Part shown: one piece after another, positions 1 to 14,100 of the stretch
Layout: each line of letters opens with the position of its first letter
How positions within the stretch are numbered: the first letter of the stretch is position 1
Source of the DNA: Paraspadella gotoi
Lineage: Eukaryota; Animalia; Chaetognatha
DNA length: 64,000 bases
Reading direction: 5' to 3'
Assembly: GCA_051294375.1 (NCBI GenBank)
Contig: CM119265.1
Location: forward strand, 11,533,818-11,597,817
Made by a program: the position numbers and the translations under genes
The notes under the pieces: model-generated
The model's input: only the letters and a program-made list of their open reading frames with translations
Databases searched by the model: none
Told to the model about the DNA's origin: nothing

Positions 1-329
1 CGTCAAAACTTTATATATATTATATAATTAATAAATATTTAAAAGCTTCAGTGCAACAACCCAATGAACTAATTCAAAAAGTTCACATTGAAAATCGATT
101 TAGTAGTAAAAGGAAAAAAAAAATTTTAAAGAGAACTAGAAGTTATAAAAAATGTTCAATTTTGGCCCGCCTTACTAGATATATTGCATGTGATAAACAT
201 GTTATCGGAATAATAATTTTATCAATTTTATGTATTTGTATTTTAAGTATTTTTATTTTTATTTTAATTTTTTTATTTGCTAATTTTAATCTCGGACTCT
301 CTTTCTCTCTCTCTCTTTGCAATTGCAAC

Positions 330-1694
330 GATCCTTATGCTCATTTTTCTGCTCTCTCTCTCACATTTTTCTACCCCCACACAAAAAATTTGAACTCAAT
401 CTATCCATCCAATTATGATTAATTAGAGTACTTATTGGTTAAAATAAGTAAACATATTTTAGTAAATGCGACTTATGTTTTTTCCACTTAAACTCATTTC
501 CACTCACACGATTCCGTCGAAACTTTATATCCAGCTTTATCACACACTTTCCTACCCACATACAAAATTTCAATTTCAGCCAATCACAAGTTATTGGAGC
601 TTTTTGCTAAGGTGGAACGGATGGACGGATTGATTGACTGATTAATTAATTATTTATTAATTAATTGACTAATTGATTAATTAACTGATTAATTATATGA
701 TTTATTAATACATCCTGCATTTACATTTAATATAAAAATAAAAAAAGCATAATTAATTAGTGAAACAGGTTTTTTGTTTTTTTCCATTTAAACTCATTTC
801 CACTCAAAAGATTCCATCGAGACTTGGTTTCCTGTTCAATCACACACTTTTCTACTCACATACAAAATTCCACATTAAGTGGTAAGTGCAGAACTTGATC
901 AACTTGCAGAATTTTGTCAACTGGCATATTTGGTCAACTTGGCATAATTTGGTCAACTGGCATATTTTGTCAATTTGCATAATTTGGTCAATCAATCAAT
1001 CAATCAATCAATCAGAGAGAGTAGAGAGAGAGAGAAACATTTAAAAAATTCAAATAAATGTGTCTTTTGGTTTTCTAATTTGAACTCTTTTCCACTCCTA
1101 CGATTCCATCTAAAAATTTATATCCAGCTTTATCACATACTTTCCTACCCACACACAAAATTCAATTTCGATTTATCTATCCAATTTTAATAAACATTAT
1201 AATTATGAGTAAATATGACTTTTGTTTTTTCCATTTTAACTCATTTCCACTCGCACACGATTCCATCGAAACTTTAATATCCAGCTCAATCACACACTTT
1301 CCTACCATCATACAAAATTTCAAGTCAATTGCCCTATCCACTCATGAGCAATTGGCGTTCAAATAGTGAAATATATTTTTTGTTGTTTTTCTATTTAAAC
1401 CAATTTCCACTTGCATGATTCCATTGAAACTTCATATCCATCTCAATCACACAGTTTCCTACCCACACACAAAATTTCATACCAATCCAATCCATCCAAT
1501 CACGAGTAATTGGAGATTTTTGCTAAGGTGGGACGGACGCACGGAGGGACATCGTTTTTTTTTGCATAATTAATCATAATTCGATGTTCTGACATGATAT
1601 AAGTGTGTGCCCGACAATATTGAGGGGGCGGACCGACGGACCGACAAAGTGAATTATAGAGTCGGGATCTGCTGATAAGCAGATCCGACTAAAA
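330..1694 (+). mobile_element. Helentron-associated (HINE/DINE-1-like) non-autonomous element with internal tandem units
   Basis: About 5-6 degenerate units of TTTAAACTCATTTCCACTC...CACACACTTTCCTACCCAC, then a (GGAC/GAC)n microsatellite and a 3' hairpin AGTCGGGATCTGCT..AGCAGATCCGACT followed by AAAAA. Related units at ~38850-39300. Confidence 0.6.
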
Positions 1695-2175
1695 AGATTT
1701 AAAATTTTAGATAATTAACTTTTGACTCTCTTTATTGAACCAAGGCTGGGCAGCTTAATTTTTATGTTAGAGCTTTCGTAAGTATATCATTCTCTTCATT
1801 TTTTTAAGGGGTTTCTGAGGATATTAATATTGTTAATATATTAATAAATACTTTGTTTAAAAAAGTTATAAAAGTTAAAAAAAAAAGATTTAAAAACAGT
1901 GAGTTGGAAAATGAAACCCGATTTTACAAGCCAACTTTCTCCACTCATTTCCAAGGCATATCTTAACTGATCAATATAAAATTTGAACACATAAATGACT
2001 TGAATATGTTCCACTCAACTAATTTTTAAAATGAATGAAATAACCACTGGTTTGCAAATGACAGCGTATTTCTACCGGCGCTTGTAAAATTGTCACCATG
2101 TATAAGCAATATATATAAGAGAAATTAAGCAGTTACGTATTTAATTTAGTTTGCCTGTTGTCAAACCCAACTCAC

Positions 2176-5100
2176 CTTCGTCGACGCGTCGACATTGAAT
2201 GTCGTCGTGGCGGCGGCGAGCGAGTGAAAGCAATTGACGGTCGCGGATCGAACTCGCAGCCTCTCGTCGAACAGCGCCGCCAGAATCCGCGGCATGAGAT
2301 TCGACTTGCGCGGATTCATCGCCGTCTCCAATTGGGAAAAGGTCAATCGTTGGAAGAGAGTAGCTGCGACGGAAAGGGCATGAAATCGCGTCGCCGGAGT
2401 AACGAGAGCAGGAGACGACGATGTCCAGGTCGCCGGTGGCGTCGCGACCAGAACTAAGAAATCCACTCCGGTCGGGGCTTCCGGAAAGTAGGCGGCGAAA
2501 AAGGACTCCAGAGCAGAGCGAACAACACGCAAAGGACGACGAAATGGACGTTTCGCTGAAGCCTTTAACTTTGTCTTCGTCTTTTCTTTCTCCCTCTCCT
2601 TTTCTTTCTCGACCTCCCGCTCCGCCTCTTCCAAAGTCTCTGCGAGAAAGTTGAAAAGCGCCGCCGGTAGCTCCAAGGCTTTGGCCCTCGAAGTGAAGTG
2701 GGCATCGTGAACCTTAACACCCTTGATCGTTGCCCCGATCATCTTCCTCAGTAAATCCAAAAAGTCATCTGCGCCCATTTGAACAACGTTGGAGGTCGTT
2801 GCGGCGTCACTTTTGCCTCCTTCCGATGACAGGTCGACGTTGGCGAAAAACGACTCCAGAACTCTCAGAGCCTCCAGCATGGTCTTGGCCACGTCCGCTC
2901 TGCGTGAAAGAAATGTATATGACCGACTTCACTCGCAATTAGTCAGCGCTTATTCTTTAGTAAACTGTTTTACCTGAACCGTGACGAGGAGGCGGCGCGA
3001 ACTAGGGACGTCGCGACGAGCAAAGCAGATATGTGACGAAGAGGTTGATCCGCACGAGCCAACGCGACGAGTTCCGCGACCTTGAGGCGCTGATTCTCCG
3101 GCTCTCGATCTTGAGTCACCTGTCAATGTGGAGTGTTATATTTACAAAATAAGAAAAATAAATCTATAATTTAATTTGAGTGATGGGAAAATGTATTTAC
3201 TATTCAAGATATTGTCATTTCGAGATTATCTTTTTGTTGCGTTTGAAATTAAAATTAAATAAAAATTTGATTTCGGTGACCGACAACGAATTTGTTTTAT
3301 TTTCAAGGGGAAAAACGTTTTTAAAACGTTTAAAATGTTTAAAAATATTCATTTAATTCTATTGAAGGTAAAAGGTTTTAACTGAATCAGTTATTCAGGT
3401 AATTAAAAAATAGTTTTTTTATGTTTAAAATATTCACCTAACATTTTTATCAGAAAATTAAAATTGTTTTTTACACACCGCTCTTGCGATGACTTCCAAA
3501 AACTCTCGGTTGGCGGCGACGGGTTCCGTGGGCAAGAGGTCACGTTTCCGAGATTCCCCAACCAACGGATGCGACTGAACAAATCGTGTCTGACGCAGGA
3601 TGGCAACACCCTCTGACGAAAGAGTCCCGCCGTACCACAAGTGCGGGAACACGACGCGAAATATTATTTGGTGAGCGGAGTCGTCGGCGTCGTATTTGTG
3701 CCAACAGAGGCGCTCTAAGAATTTCGTGACAACGTAAGACCAGTCGGCAACGAGCTCGGGCGGCGCGGCCGACGCTCGTCGAAATAGCGGCGCGAGCAAT
3801 GCTGTCATAGTTTCGGCGTCACCGACTCCTTTCATTACGATGTCGGATTCGAGGACGAGTTTCATGATGGAGGGTTCGTCTTCGTCGCGCAGCCGAGTCT
3901 TGACAGCCTCGCTGATTTTGGATTTGGCGTTGACGACAAACTTGGAGAGAAGCGCCGCGGCGTCTTCGTCGTTTTCTGGCGTTCCTGTGGCGGCACGGGC
4001 TTCCTCGACGAATCGCACGAGGTTCTGAACTCCCGACAACCGCGTGATCACGTTCGGGTGAAGGCAGTCGAGAAGGATTGAGTCCACTTCTTTTCCTGCA
4101 AATTACGTTGTATTTTTTTTTAATAACTACTGATTAAGCTATCTTGTCCAAAGAGGTTCCGTCCACGTCTTCCCCTTCCACCACGATTCTCTGATAACTG
4201 GGTTAATATAGATACAGATGACGTTTCTAAAAAGCAATTCAATAAGGCCTCACCACAAATGTTACAATCAAATTAAATAATTACTAATTATTTATTAATT
4301 AGCGATTGAAAATTTGCTACTCACTCTTAAATTCGTTTCCGGTCGACATGAGATCCAAGATAGCTCCGTCGCTCTCGCCCGCCATCTCGCGCCCGCGATT
4401 CTCAAACTCGCTCGGAAATCGCCGCTCCAGGCCGCGCGCGATTTCAGAAGCTTCGAGGCGTCGCTCCGCCCGCGCCTCAGAGTCTAAAGATTTGTAGGCG
4501 TCGAAAACGGCTGCGACGATGGCGTCACGCTGACCGGAATTCAGTTCCACGTCTCCTTTTAACAAGTCCTTCAACAATGAGTTATTTTCGAGGACGGCGT
4601 GGCGAGCGGCGCCAACGGCCACGGCTTCGACCAGAGTGTCGACATTGAAGGCGGTTTGAATACGGTGAAGGGTCGAGTGGAATTGCTCGTGACGCCATAG
4701 GGACTGAAGGATGGGGAGAGGTAGGGAGCGAGGGACATCGTCTTGCGTTTGGAAGGCAACGGCGAGACAACAAAGACCTAAATTTGAAAATAGACGTATT
4801 GTTTAAAAACTGATATGTTGATAATTCTTTATCCACCCTCCCTCCGCACACCTTGCTCCAACGTTGCCTCGTCGATATTTTGTGCCACGCACTTAACCAA
4901 CTCCTCCACGAGTTTCTTATTAAGCTGCTTTTTGATCCAAAGCGCCGAAACAATCATGAGCGTGGCCATCTTGTAGTCGGTGCATTTAGACTTAAGCCCC
5001 TTGAGGACGAACTTGAGAAGAACCGCGATCTCTTTGTTGCCGAAATTCTCGGCGACTTCGATGGCGCCTACGACGGCGGAAGCGTAGAAAGAAAGAAAGG

Positions 5101-8100
5101 GACGCAGCGGCGCCGATAGCCGCTCCGCTTCCTCAGAACTCAAGGCGCCGTTCGCTCCGAAAGCCTCCAACGACTTTGGCGCCGCCTCGCAGACGCGCCC
5201 GAGCAACGAGGGATCCGACGCCATTCGTTTAGCCAGAGCGCGACGCGACAACGGAACGCCGGGTTTCTGTAGAGGCGCCAACCAGGACCAGCGTGACGCC
5301 AGTTTGGATTCTGGCGATGTCAGGTCTAGCGTCTGCACCGCGCGGACGAAGAGGTTGGTCTCGTGAAAGGGCAGGAGGGCAAGAAGGAGAGAGTCTGCGT
5401 TGAAGATGTGGATCTGGAAGCGGAAAAAAAGCCATTCCAGCGCCTTTTGGGCCGGACGCAGGAGGACGAAGGGAGAAAGGCGGAAGAGGAACGATTCAAT
5501 CGTGGCATCGACAGAGTCGTTGACGGAGGCAGTTTGGACCCGTCTAGGGATAGATAGGGAGAGAATTTGTTAATATTATTTTCATATGGCGGAAAATTTT
5601 AAATTCATTCTACTTCAAAGCGGAAAAAGTTTAACTTTAAATTATCTTTCGCCCTTATAAAAATCTTAAAAGTATAGTGATCTCGCAATACGTTACTAGC
5701 AGGGATTTTGATTCGGGTATTTTCAACAATGAAATTGGAACTTTACAAACTATTATTTCTTTTTTTCCCACTGATAAATATGAAACGGCCTTTATTTAAA
5801 GAAACGGTTGGCTATAGCTATATTGTCTTTATAACATAGAAGTCACTTGGTGAATTTCTATGCTTTCAAAATATGGTAAGACTATGGCTAGCGGTAGCCG
5901 ACCAAATTCAAATTTTAATGGGAACATTGCATTAAACTAATCCATTATTGGTATTAATTATTGTGTTAAAATATTTTTTTGCAAAAATGTTCCGAACCAT
6001 GAGTAATTCGCTAATTAATATTATTATATTACTATATAATGTTAAAAATTATTTTTGGATATTTTAAGTTTTTTTAATTGATTCTGATAGAGCTTAAAAA
6101 GTTAAGCAAAAAATATAATTACAACTTTTTAAAATTTTGATGTTTTATTACTAAAAATTAATAAAAACTGCTAAAATCATCGGATGATGATGATGATGAT
6201 GATTTTTAAAGGTTTTTCTCAATTTTAACCCACTTATCATCAAAATATTGAAAAAAAGAATTATACTTTGTGTAGATAACTTTTCATAGGCTATTTGAAT
6301 CTGCTTTTAAAAAATAAAAATTCTAAAAAAATTTTTTGACATTTCCTATCTATAAATAAATATTAAAAAATTAATTACTAATGCTTCTTGCCATTTTAGA
6401 AAATTTTGCTCCATTGAAAGTTTTCTCAGAAATGTATGAAGTTTCATTGGAAAGGTTCCCAAATCAAACTTTCTGACCCACCCCATTGACGAAGTTTGGC
6501 TCTACTATGGCAACAGCCGGGTTGCCTGTGATGAGAGAGAGAGAGAGAGCGCGAGTTGTGGGGGCATAGGCGTTTGTCGTAGCGTACCCTGAGAAGGTTG
6601 CGTGTTCGATAGTAGGGCTCACCACTTATGGCAACAGCCGGGTTGCCTGTGATGCCCATTGGGATGGGGCATCTCACCGTTGGCTTTGGGGGCTTCCGAC
6701 CCTCAGTGACGCCTCCAGTCACTGGCGCGGTTACCCTAGGACGGTCTCGCTTTGCCAACGCAGAGGGAAGTCATTAGGACTGGATGGAACACTACGCCTG
6801 GAATGGTGTGTTCCCCCTCTGAGCCAATGGATTTGGCTGAAGGATGGTGGACGTGAGGCGGTGTGAATATACCGCCACAAAACACAATTTCTTTTGCGAC
6901 GATCATTCCAATTACAGTATCAGCCTTAATTAAGAAGAAACTAAAAACGATTTTTCATGGTAAGACCAACTTTTAGAATAGGACTAAGCTCTGACGAAAA
7001 AAGCCAGAGGTTTTTTTAATATATTCTTTTAAAATATTAACCAAAATCTTCGGAAAATCCACCCCTTCTTTGGAAGATTTTCGCCATAGAAGATTTTTCC
7101 CGAATCTGACTCCCGGTTGAAAACTCTTAGAATTCCGATCGTAAGCTCCTCTTTTACTTTTACTTTAGATAAAAATTTCACCAAAATGGACTAATTCACT
7201 TTACCATGATCGTTTCATATTAAATAATAAAATGTAAAGAAAAATTTGAGAGCCCTTCAGACATATGGCTATCGGATTCCTGAATTCGAAGTTTATTGTA
7301 AAATCACAACATGCCTTAAATGCATTTATATAGTATTGAAGTTGAGAAATTCTTTTATTTTATATAGAAAAATTTAGATGAAAATGTTTTCCTAAGCGGA
7401 CCAGTCCATTTAAATCTGATGGTTTGATGTCAAAATGATGGTTAATCATGAAGAGATGAAAAATGCAAGCCCTTCAGATGCAACAGGATCTGAATCGAGT
7501 CTTTTTATATCAATTTATCGGAATTTTTCCCAGGACCGTTTATATTGTTTTGTAGTCTTCGATCTTGAGTACACTGTCAATGTGTGAGTGTTAATATTTA
7601 CAAAAATAAGAAAAATAAATCTATAATTTAATTTGGAGGGATGGAAAATGTATTTACTATCAGATTATTGTCTTTCGGAGATTATCTTTTGTTGTTGCGT
7701 TGAAATTAAAATTAAATAAAAATTGGATTTCGGTGGACCGACAACGAATTTGTTTTATTTTCAGGGGCAAAAAACGTTTTTTAAAACGTTTAAAATGTTT
7801 AAAAAATATTCATTTTAATTCTATGGAAGTAAAAAGTTTTAAACTGAATCAGTTATTCAGGTCAATTAAAAAATAGTTTTTTTATGTTTTAAAATACTTC
7901 CACCTAACATTTTTATCAGGAAAATTAAAAATTGTTTTTTACACACCGCTCTTGCGATGGACTTCCAAAAACTCTCGGTTGCGGCGACGGGTTCCGTGGG
8001 CAAGAGGTTCACGTTTCCGAGATTTCCCCAACCAACGGGATGCGACTGCAACCAAATTCGTGTCATGACGCAGGATGGCCAACACCCTCTGACGAAAGAA

Positions 8101-11100
8101 GTCCCGCACGTACCACAAGTGCGGGAACACGACGCGAAATATCTCTACATTGTTCAGTGACGGAGTCAGTCGGCGCGTATTTCCTGGCCAACAAGAGGCG
8201 CTCTAAGAAACTTTCCGTGACAACGCCCGGCCCGCGTTTCAAGAACGAAACCTGAAGTCCGGCAACGATCTCTACTCGGGGACTTCCACTATTCTCCTGC
8301 TTTTTGCTCTCAGTCCCGACGCTCGTCAGAATTAAGGAATAGCGCTCGCGAGCTCTTATTTCTGTATCTTAGTTTCGGGCCGTTCACCATATTTCCTTTC
8401 TTTATTACGTTATATCTGATTCCTTACGAGAGTTTTCCATGATGGAGGGTTTCCGTACTTTCGTCGCTCTAGCCGAGTCTTGACAGCTCTCTCTCTTTGT
8501 TATTTTATGATTTGGGCGGTTGACGACCAAACCATTGGATATCGGCCGCGGCGGTCTCTCGTCGGATTTTTGCGTTTCCATGTGGACACTTCTCGGCATA
8601 ATCGCTTTCCCCCTCTTCACAGACGAAGCACGATCAGGTTCTCTGAACTCCCGACAACCGCGTTGATCTCCACGTCTCGGGTGAAGGCAGTCGAAAGGAT
8701 TGATGGCCACTTCTTCTGAAATTACGTGTAATTTTTTTTTAATAACTACTGATTAAAGGCTATCTTGTCCAGAAGAGGTTCCGTCACGTCTTCCCCTCTC
8801 CACCACGATTCTCTGATAACTGGGTTAATGATAGATACAGATGACGTTTCTAAAAAGCAATTCAATTAAGGCCTCACCACAAAATGTTACAATCAAATTA
8901 AATAATTACTAATATCGTTATTAATTAAGCGATCTGAAAAATTTGCTACATCACTCTTAATTCGTTTCCGATCAGCCGACCATGAGACTCCAAATAGCTC
9001 CGTCGCTCTCCGCCCGCTCAATCTCGCGCCCGCCGCATTCCCTTCAAACTCAGACTGCCACGGAAATTCGCCGACGCTCCAGCTCTGCCCGCGGCGATGT
9101 TCAGAAGACCTTCGAGGCCGTAATCCTTCCGCAAATCTCAGCCCGACCCGCCGCTCAGAGTTCTCTTAAAGATTTGTAGGCCGTCGAAAACGGCTGCGGG
9201 ACCTTTAACCCGCGCGCGCTCACGGCTCCTCTCCTGATCCACTCGCCCGGCAAGCGATGCTCCACACATCATATGACAGAGCGCTATCGCCGCTCTATAC
9301 TGTCTACTTCACGCTCCCTTAGGAACCGGGAGATTCACGGTTTCCACGTCTCCTTTAAACAACGTCCTTCAACAATGAGTTATTTCAGAGGAACGGCGTG
9401 CCCGCTGAAAGCCGCCCGCCAACGGGCACGGACTTAATGACCAGAGTCGTAGCTCCGACACTTGAAGGCGGTAATACGGTGAAGAGGGTCCAGTGAATTG
9501 CTGCGTGACGCCATAGGGAACTGAAGGACATGGGGAGAGGTAGGGAGCACGAGGAGCACATCGTTTCTTGCCGTATTGGAAGGCAACGGCGAAGGACAAC
9601 AAAACCCCTAAATTTGAAATAGACGTATTGTTTAAAAAAACTGATATCGTTGGATAATTCTTTATCACCCTCCCCTACGCACACCCTGCTCCAACTATGC
9701 CTCGTCGATATTTTTGTGCCCACGCACCATTAACCAACTCACTCCACGAGTTTCTTATTAAGCATTGCTTTTTGATCCAAAAGCGCCGAACAATCCAGAG
9801 CGTGGCCCAATGCTTGTACTGTCGGTCTGCCCATCCGCTCACATTAGACCCTTAGCCCTTTGAGGATCCGAACTTGAGAAGGAACCGCCGATCTTCTTTG
9901 TTTGCCGAAATTCCTCGGCGACTTCGATGGCGCCCTACACTACGGCGGAGCTAGAAACAGAAAGAAAGGGACCGCAGCGGCGCCGCATTAACAGCCCCGC
10001 TCCCGCTTCCTTTCATAACTCAAGGCGCCGTTCTCGCTCCGAAAGCCCTCCAAACACGCCGACTTAGCTGGCGCCGACCGCCTCGCCAGCACAGCACGCG
10101 CAACCCGAACCCAACCACCAGCGAAACACAGCGGGAACATCTCCACGCAACGCCCTAATTCGCTCACACTTACGCCATGAGCGCGACGACGCACAGCCAT
10201 TCTCGCTTCCAACCATATCATCTCGTCTTGCAGATCGACTACGCTGCCGACTCGGCCCCCGCCAGCCATCCCAACCCCTCGCCCCTACCCCACACACCTC
10301 ACACCGCCTCACCCACTCAACCCATCACCCCTCTCTCCCATCAACCAGCTCCAACCCACCACCCACCACCCATTACGCGTACCTCCACACCCACACCTCT
10401 CCCCTAGCCCACAACCCCCCCACACTTCAGCGATCTACTAATCCCGCCACAAAACACCATCACAAGCTCTCTCAACTCGCCCCCCCCAACGACAACCACC
10501 CCCCGAGCGCAGCAGTCAGATCCACACAATTATCACACAACCATAATAACCGGCATCCAACACACCACCAAACGCAGCACAACACCTCCATAGACTTCTA
10601 CTTCGACACCTCCTAAACTCTCACTTCAAATCTACTAAACCCCTAAAAACACACGACGTACCACACACCCACAGCCCCACAACACAAATACTAAACCACC
10701 GCCCCTAAGCCTAACAGCGACCACCAACCCAGCACACACCGACCAATAACCTGCCCGTACAACAACACCACGACAAACCAAACCTACACAAACACCAACC
10801 CAACCACAGGACATCAAAACACAAAAGACTCGACCCACCACACACATGCCAAATCAACGGACACTACCTGCAGTACAACCTCCGACACGCACCACCACCA
10901 CCAGACGTGCACGAACTCAACCCCACTCAACACCCTGAAAATAAACAATCAACAATCAAGACTATTACGCACTCCCCCCCCACACACATCCGAATACACT
11001 CCACCGAACCATCAGAGCAACTCTACCACCCACACCACCCCATCCACCACAGCCGACTGCCAATACACCACCGACAAGCATCAAAAACCGGAACTACACG

Positions 11101-14100
11101 GCACGACCCTACAATAATACCACAACCACCATACAAAACCAACGTCGCGGCACAACCGAACCACACACGCCGTCATGACACACTAGGTCCCTGCCACTCT
11201 AGAGGCCCCTTGCCCCCGACACTGCCACCGCCTCTAAGCCCTCTCCCACTCCCAGCGTGCCCAAACACCCACACCGCGCTGATCAACCGAACCGCGCCGG
11301 GCCAACGCACAGCACCCGCCACACTAACACCCGCACACGCTTACCAACACCTCCAACCCACCGCGCATCCCACCGCACCAGCGCACCACTAGCCAGGATT
11401 CACAACCAACCACCCAACCACACACCAACCACAGACCACCACCTAGCACGCCTCAAACGCGCGTCGATCGCCCGACGACCTAATCCACCGCCACAACCGC
11501 CCAAGCGGCGCCAACTTCTCATAGCTCACGTGCGACGCTCACCCACGTAGCCCACATCTAACATTCCTCCTGAGCGGAGACCTCAGATCGGATGTATCTC
11601 CAACTTCAGCGTTTCTCACGGATCCCGCCACGCCCAGTCTTGCACCCCAGCCACGATCACCGCTCCACACCACCGCGCACCCACACTCCCCACAGCAAAA
11701 TGACAACACACAGAACCGCAGGCGTCGAGCACCCAGTCCCACCACCGCAGACACAAGCCTCACGAACAATCCATACACGCGAAATTCATAACCGAGACAA
11801 CAAAGCAACATACTATCCTGCAGACACCAACCCGGGTCCACGATGGCCTCCCTACACTCCAGACGGCCAACACTTACCTCCCTGCTGCCATGACGAGCGA
11901 CGCTCCGCCACGCATCGGTGGCCGCACACTCAGCCACAGCACCGAAAGATCAATTACGTCGCACTGACCACCCGAACCCCGAACGAGCGTTGCCGTCCTC
12001 GGTGACCCCCAAAAGGGCAGGAGGGCAAGGAAAGGGGACCGGAGAGCTCTGCAGTTCGTAAGCATGCTGGATCTGGCCACAGCGGAAAAAAAAACACAAC
12101 GCCTTCCAGAGCAGCCAAATCTCCTTGACAAGGAGCCAGCGCGAACCAGACAACAGCCAGACACACGAGACCACTCACAAAGCCGACACACCACAACACA
12201 CTCACGAGAAAGGCCGGAACAAAAGACACCCCACACACACACCCCACAAACAGGAAACCAACCCAATACCACAACCACACCAACACAAACAAACACACCC
12301 TCACACCTCCCAACACATCCACACCACTATCGTCTCCACCCAAACCGGCCAACACATCGACAGAGCCACCACCCTAACCCCACACCAACCAACAAAACTC
12401 ACCAAACACATACGCCAATACACACACCACCCCAACACCCAACCCCCAGACCAACAAGACACCATACGCGCATCTTGCAACCCAGCACACCAACACAACA
12501 CCCCACCACATCACAGGGACCACGCAACCATCTTCCCCCACAAAACACACAAGGCCAAGACTCCCACGAACCTAACGACGCACCCCCAAACCCGCACCAC
12601 ACGCCACAACACGCTCATCACAAACCGCATTCTACAGAAATATAACTTACACTACTCCTCACCACTAAACCATCGCCGCACCCACCGGAACAACTCTTTT
12701 AAATTCATTCTACTTCAAAGCGGAAAAAGTTTAACTTTAAATTATCTTTCGCCCTTATAAAAATCTTAAAAGTATAGTGATCTCGCAATACGTTACTAGC
12801 AGGGATTTTGATTCGGGTATTTTCAACAATGAAATTGGAACTTTACAAACTATTATTTCTTTTTTTCCCACTGATAAATATGAAACGGCCTTTATTTAAA
12901 GAAACGGTTGGCTATAGCTATATTGTCTTTATAACATAGAAGTCACTTGGTGAATTTCTATGCTTTCAAAATATGGTAAGACTATGGCTAGCGGTAGCCG
13001 ACCAAATTCAAATTTTAATGGGAACAGCATTAAACTAATCCATTATTGGTATTAATTATTGTGTTAAAATATTTTTTTGCAAAAATGTTCCGAACCATGA
13101 GTAATTCGCTAATTAATATTATTATATTACTATATAATGTTAAAAATTATTTTTGGATATTTTAAGTTTTTTTAATTGATTCTGATAGAGCTTAAAAAGT
13201 TAAGCAAAAAATATAATTACAACTTTTTAAAATTTTGATGTTTTATTACTAAAAATTATAAAAACTGCTAAAATCATCGGATGATGATGATGATGATGAT
13301 TTTTAAAGGTTTTTCTCAATTTTAACCCACTTATCATCAAAATATTGAAAAAAAATTATACTTTGTGTAGATAACTTTTCATAGGCTATTTGAATCTGCT
13401 TTTAAAAATAAAAAATTCTAAAAAAATTTTTGACATTTCCTATCTATAAATAAATATTAAAAATTAATTACTAATGCTTCTTGCCATTTTAGAAAATTTT
13501 GCTCCATTGAAAGTTTTCTCAGAAATGTATGAAGTTTCATTTGGAAAGGTTCCCAAATCAAACTTCTGACCCACCCCATTGACGAAGTTTGGCTCTACTA
13601 TGGCAACAGCCGGGTTGCCTGTGATGAGAGAGAGAGAGAGAGCGCGAGTTGTGGGGGCATAGGCGTTTGTCGTAGCGTACCCTGAGAAGGTTGCGTGTTC
13701 GATAGTAGGGCTCACCACTTATGGCAACAGCCGGGTTGCCTGTGATGCCCATTGGGATGGGGCATCTCACCGTTGGCTTTGGGGGCTTCCGACCCTCAGT
13801 GACGCCTCCAGTCACTGGCGCGGTTACCCTAGGACGGTCTCGCTTTGCCAACGCAGAGGGAAGTCATTAGGACTGGATGGAACACTACGCCTGGAATGGT
13901 GTGTTCCCCCTCTGAGCCAATGGATTTGGCTGAAGGATGGTGGACGTGAGGCGGTGTGAATATACCGCCACAAAACACAATTTCTTTTGCGACGATCATT
14001 CCAATTACAGTATCAGCCTTAATTAAGAAGAAACTAAAAACGATTTTTCATGGTAAGACCAACTTTTAGAATAGGACTAAGCTCTGACGAAAAAAGCCAG

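Noticed and set aside
4130-4197. GC-richer patch in HEATR1 intron 3 as a possible mini-exon
   Set aside because: No convincing donor, and the direct exon 3-4 join already fits the HEATR1 alignment and phase.
6444-6758. Repeated [19 protein letters not shown]... (also 13558, 23245)
   Set aside because: It starts at TTG inside the repeated LTR-like element, has variable ends and shows no protein features.
6981-7020. Hammerhead-like CTGACGA followed by a hairpin (also 14074, 51741), and CTGATGA at 43796
   Set aside because: No GAAA box or closing stems in the right positions. These are transposon or SINE terminal sequences.
9988-12760. Many His/Pro/Thr-rich and Val/Cys/Gly-rich ORFs
   Set aside because: They arise from C/A-biased read noise within the artefactual duplicate and have no coherent protein motifs.
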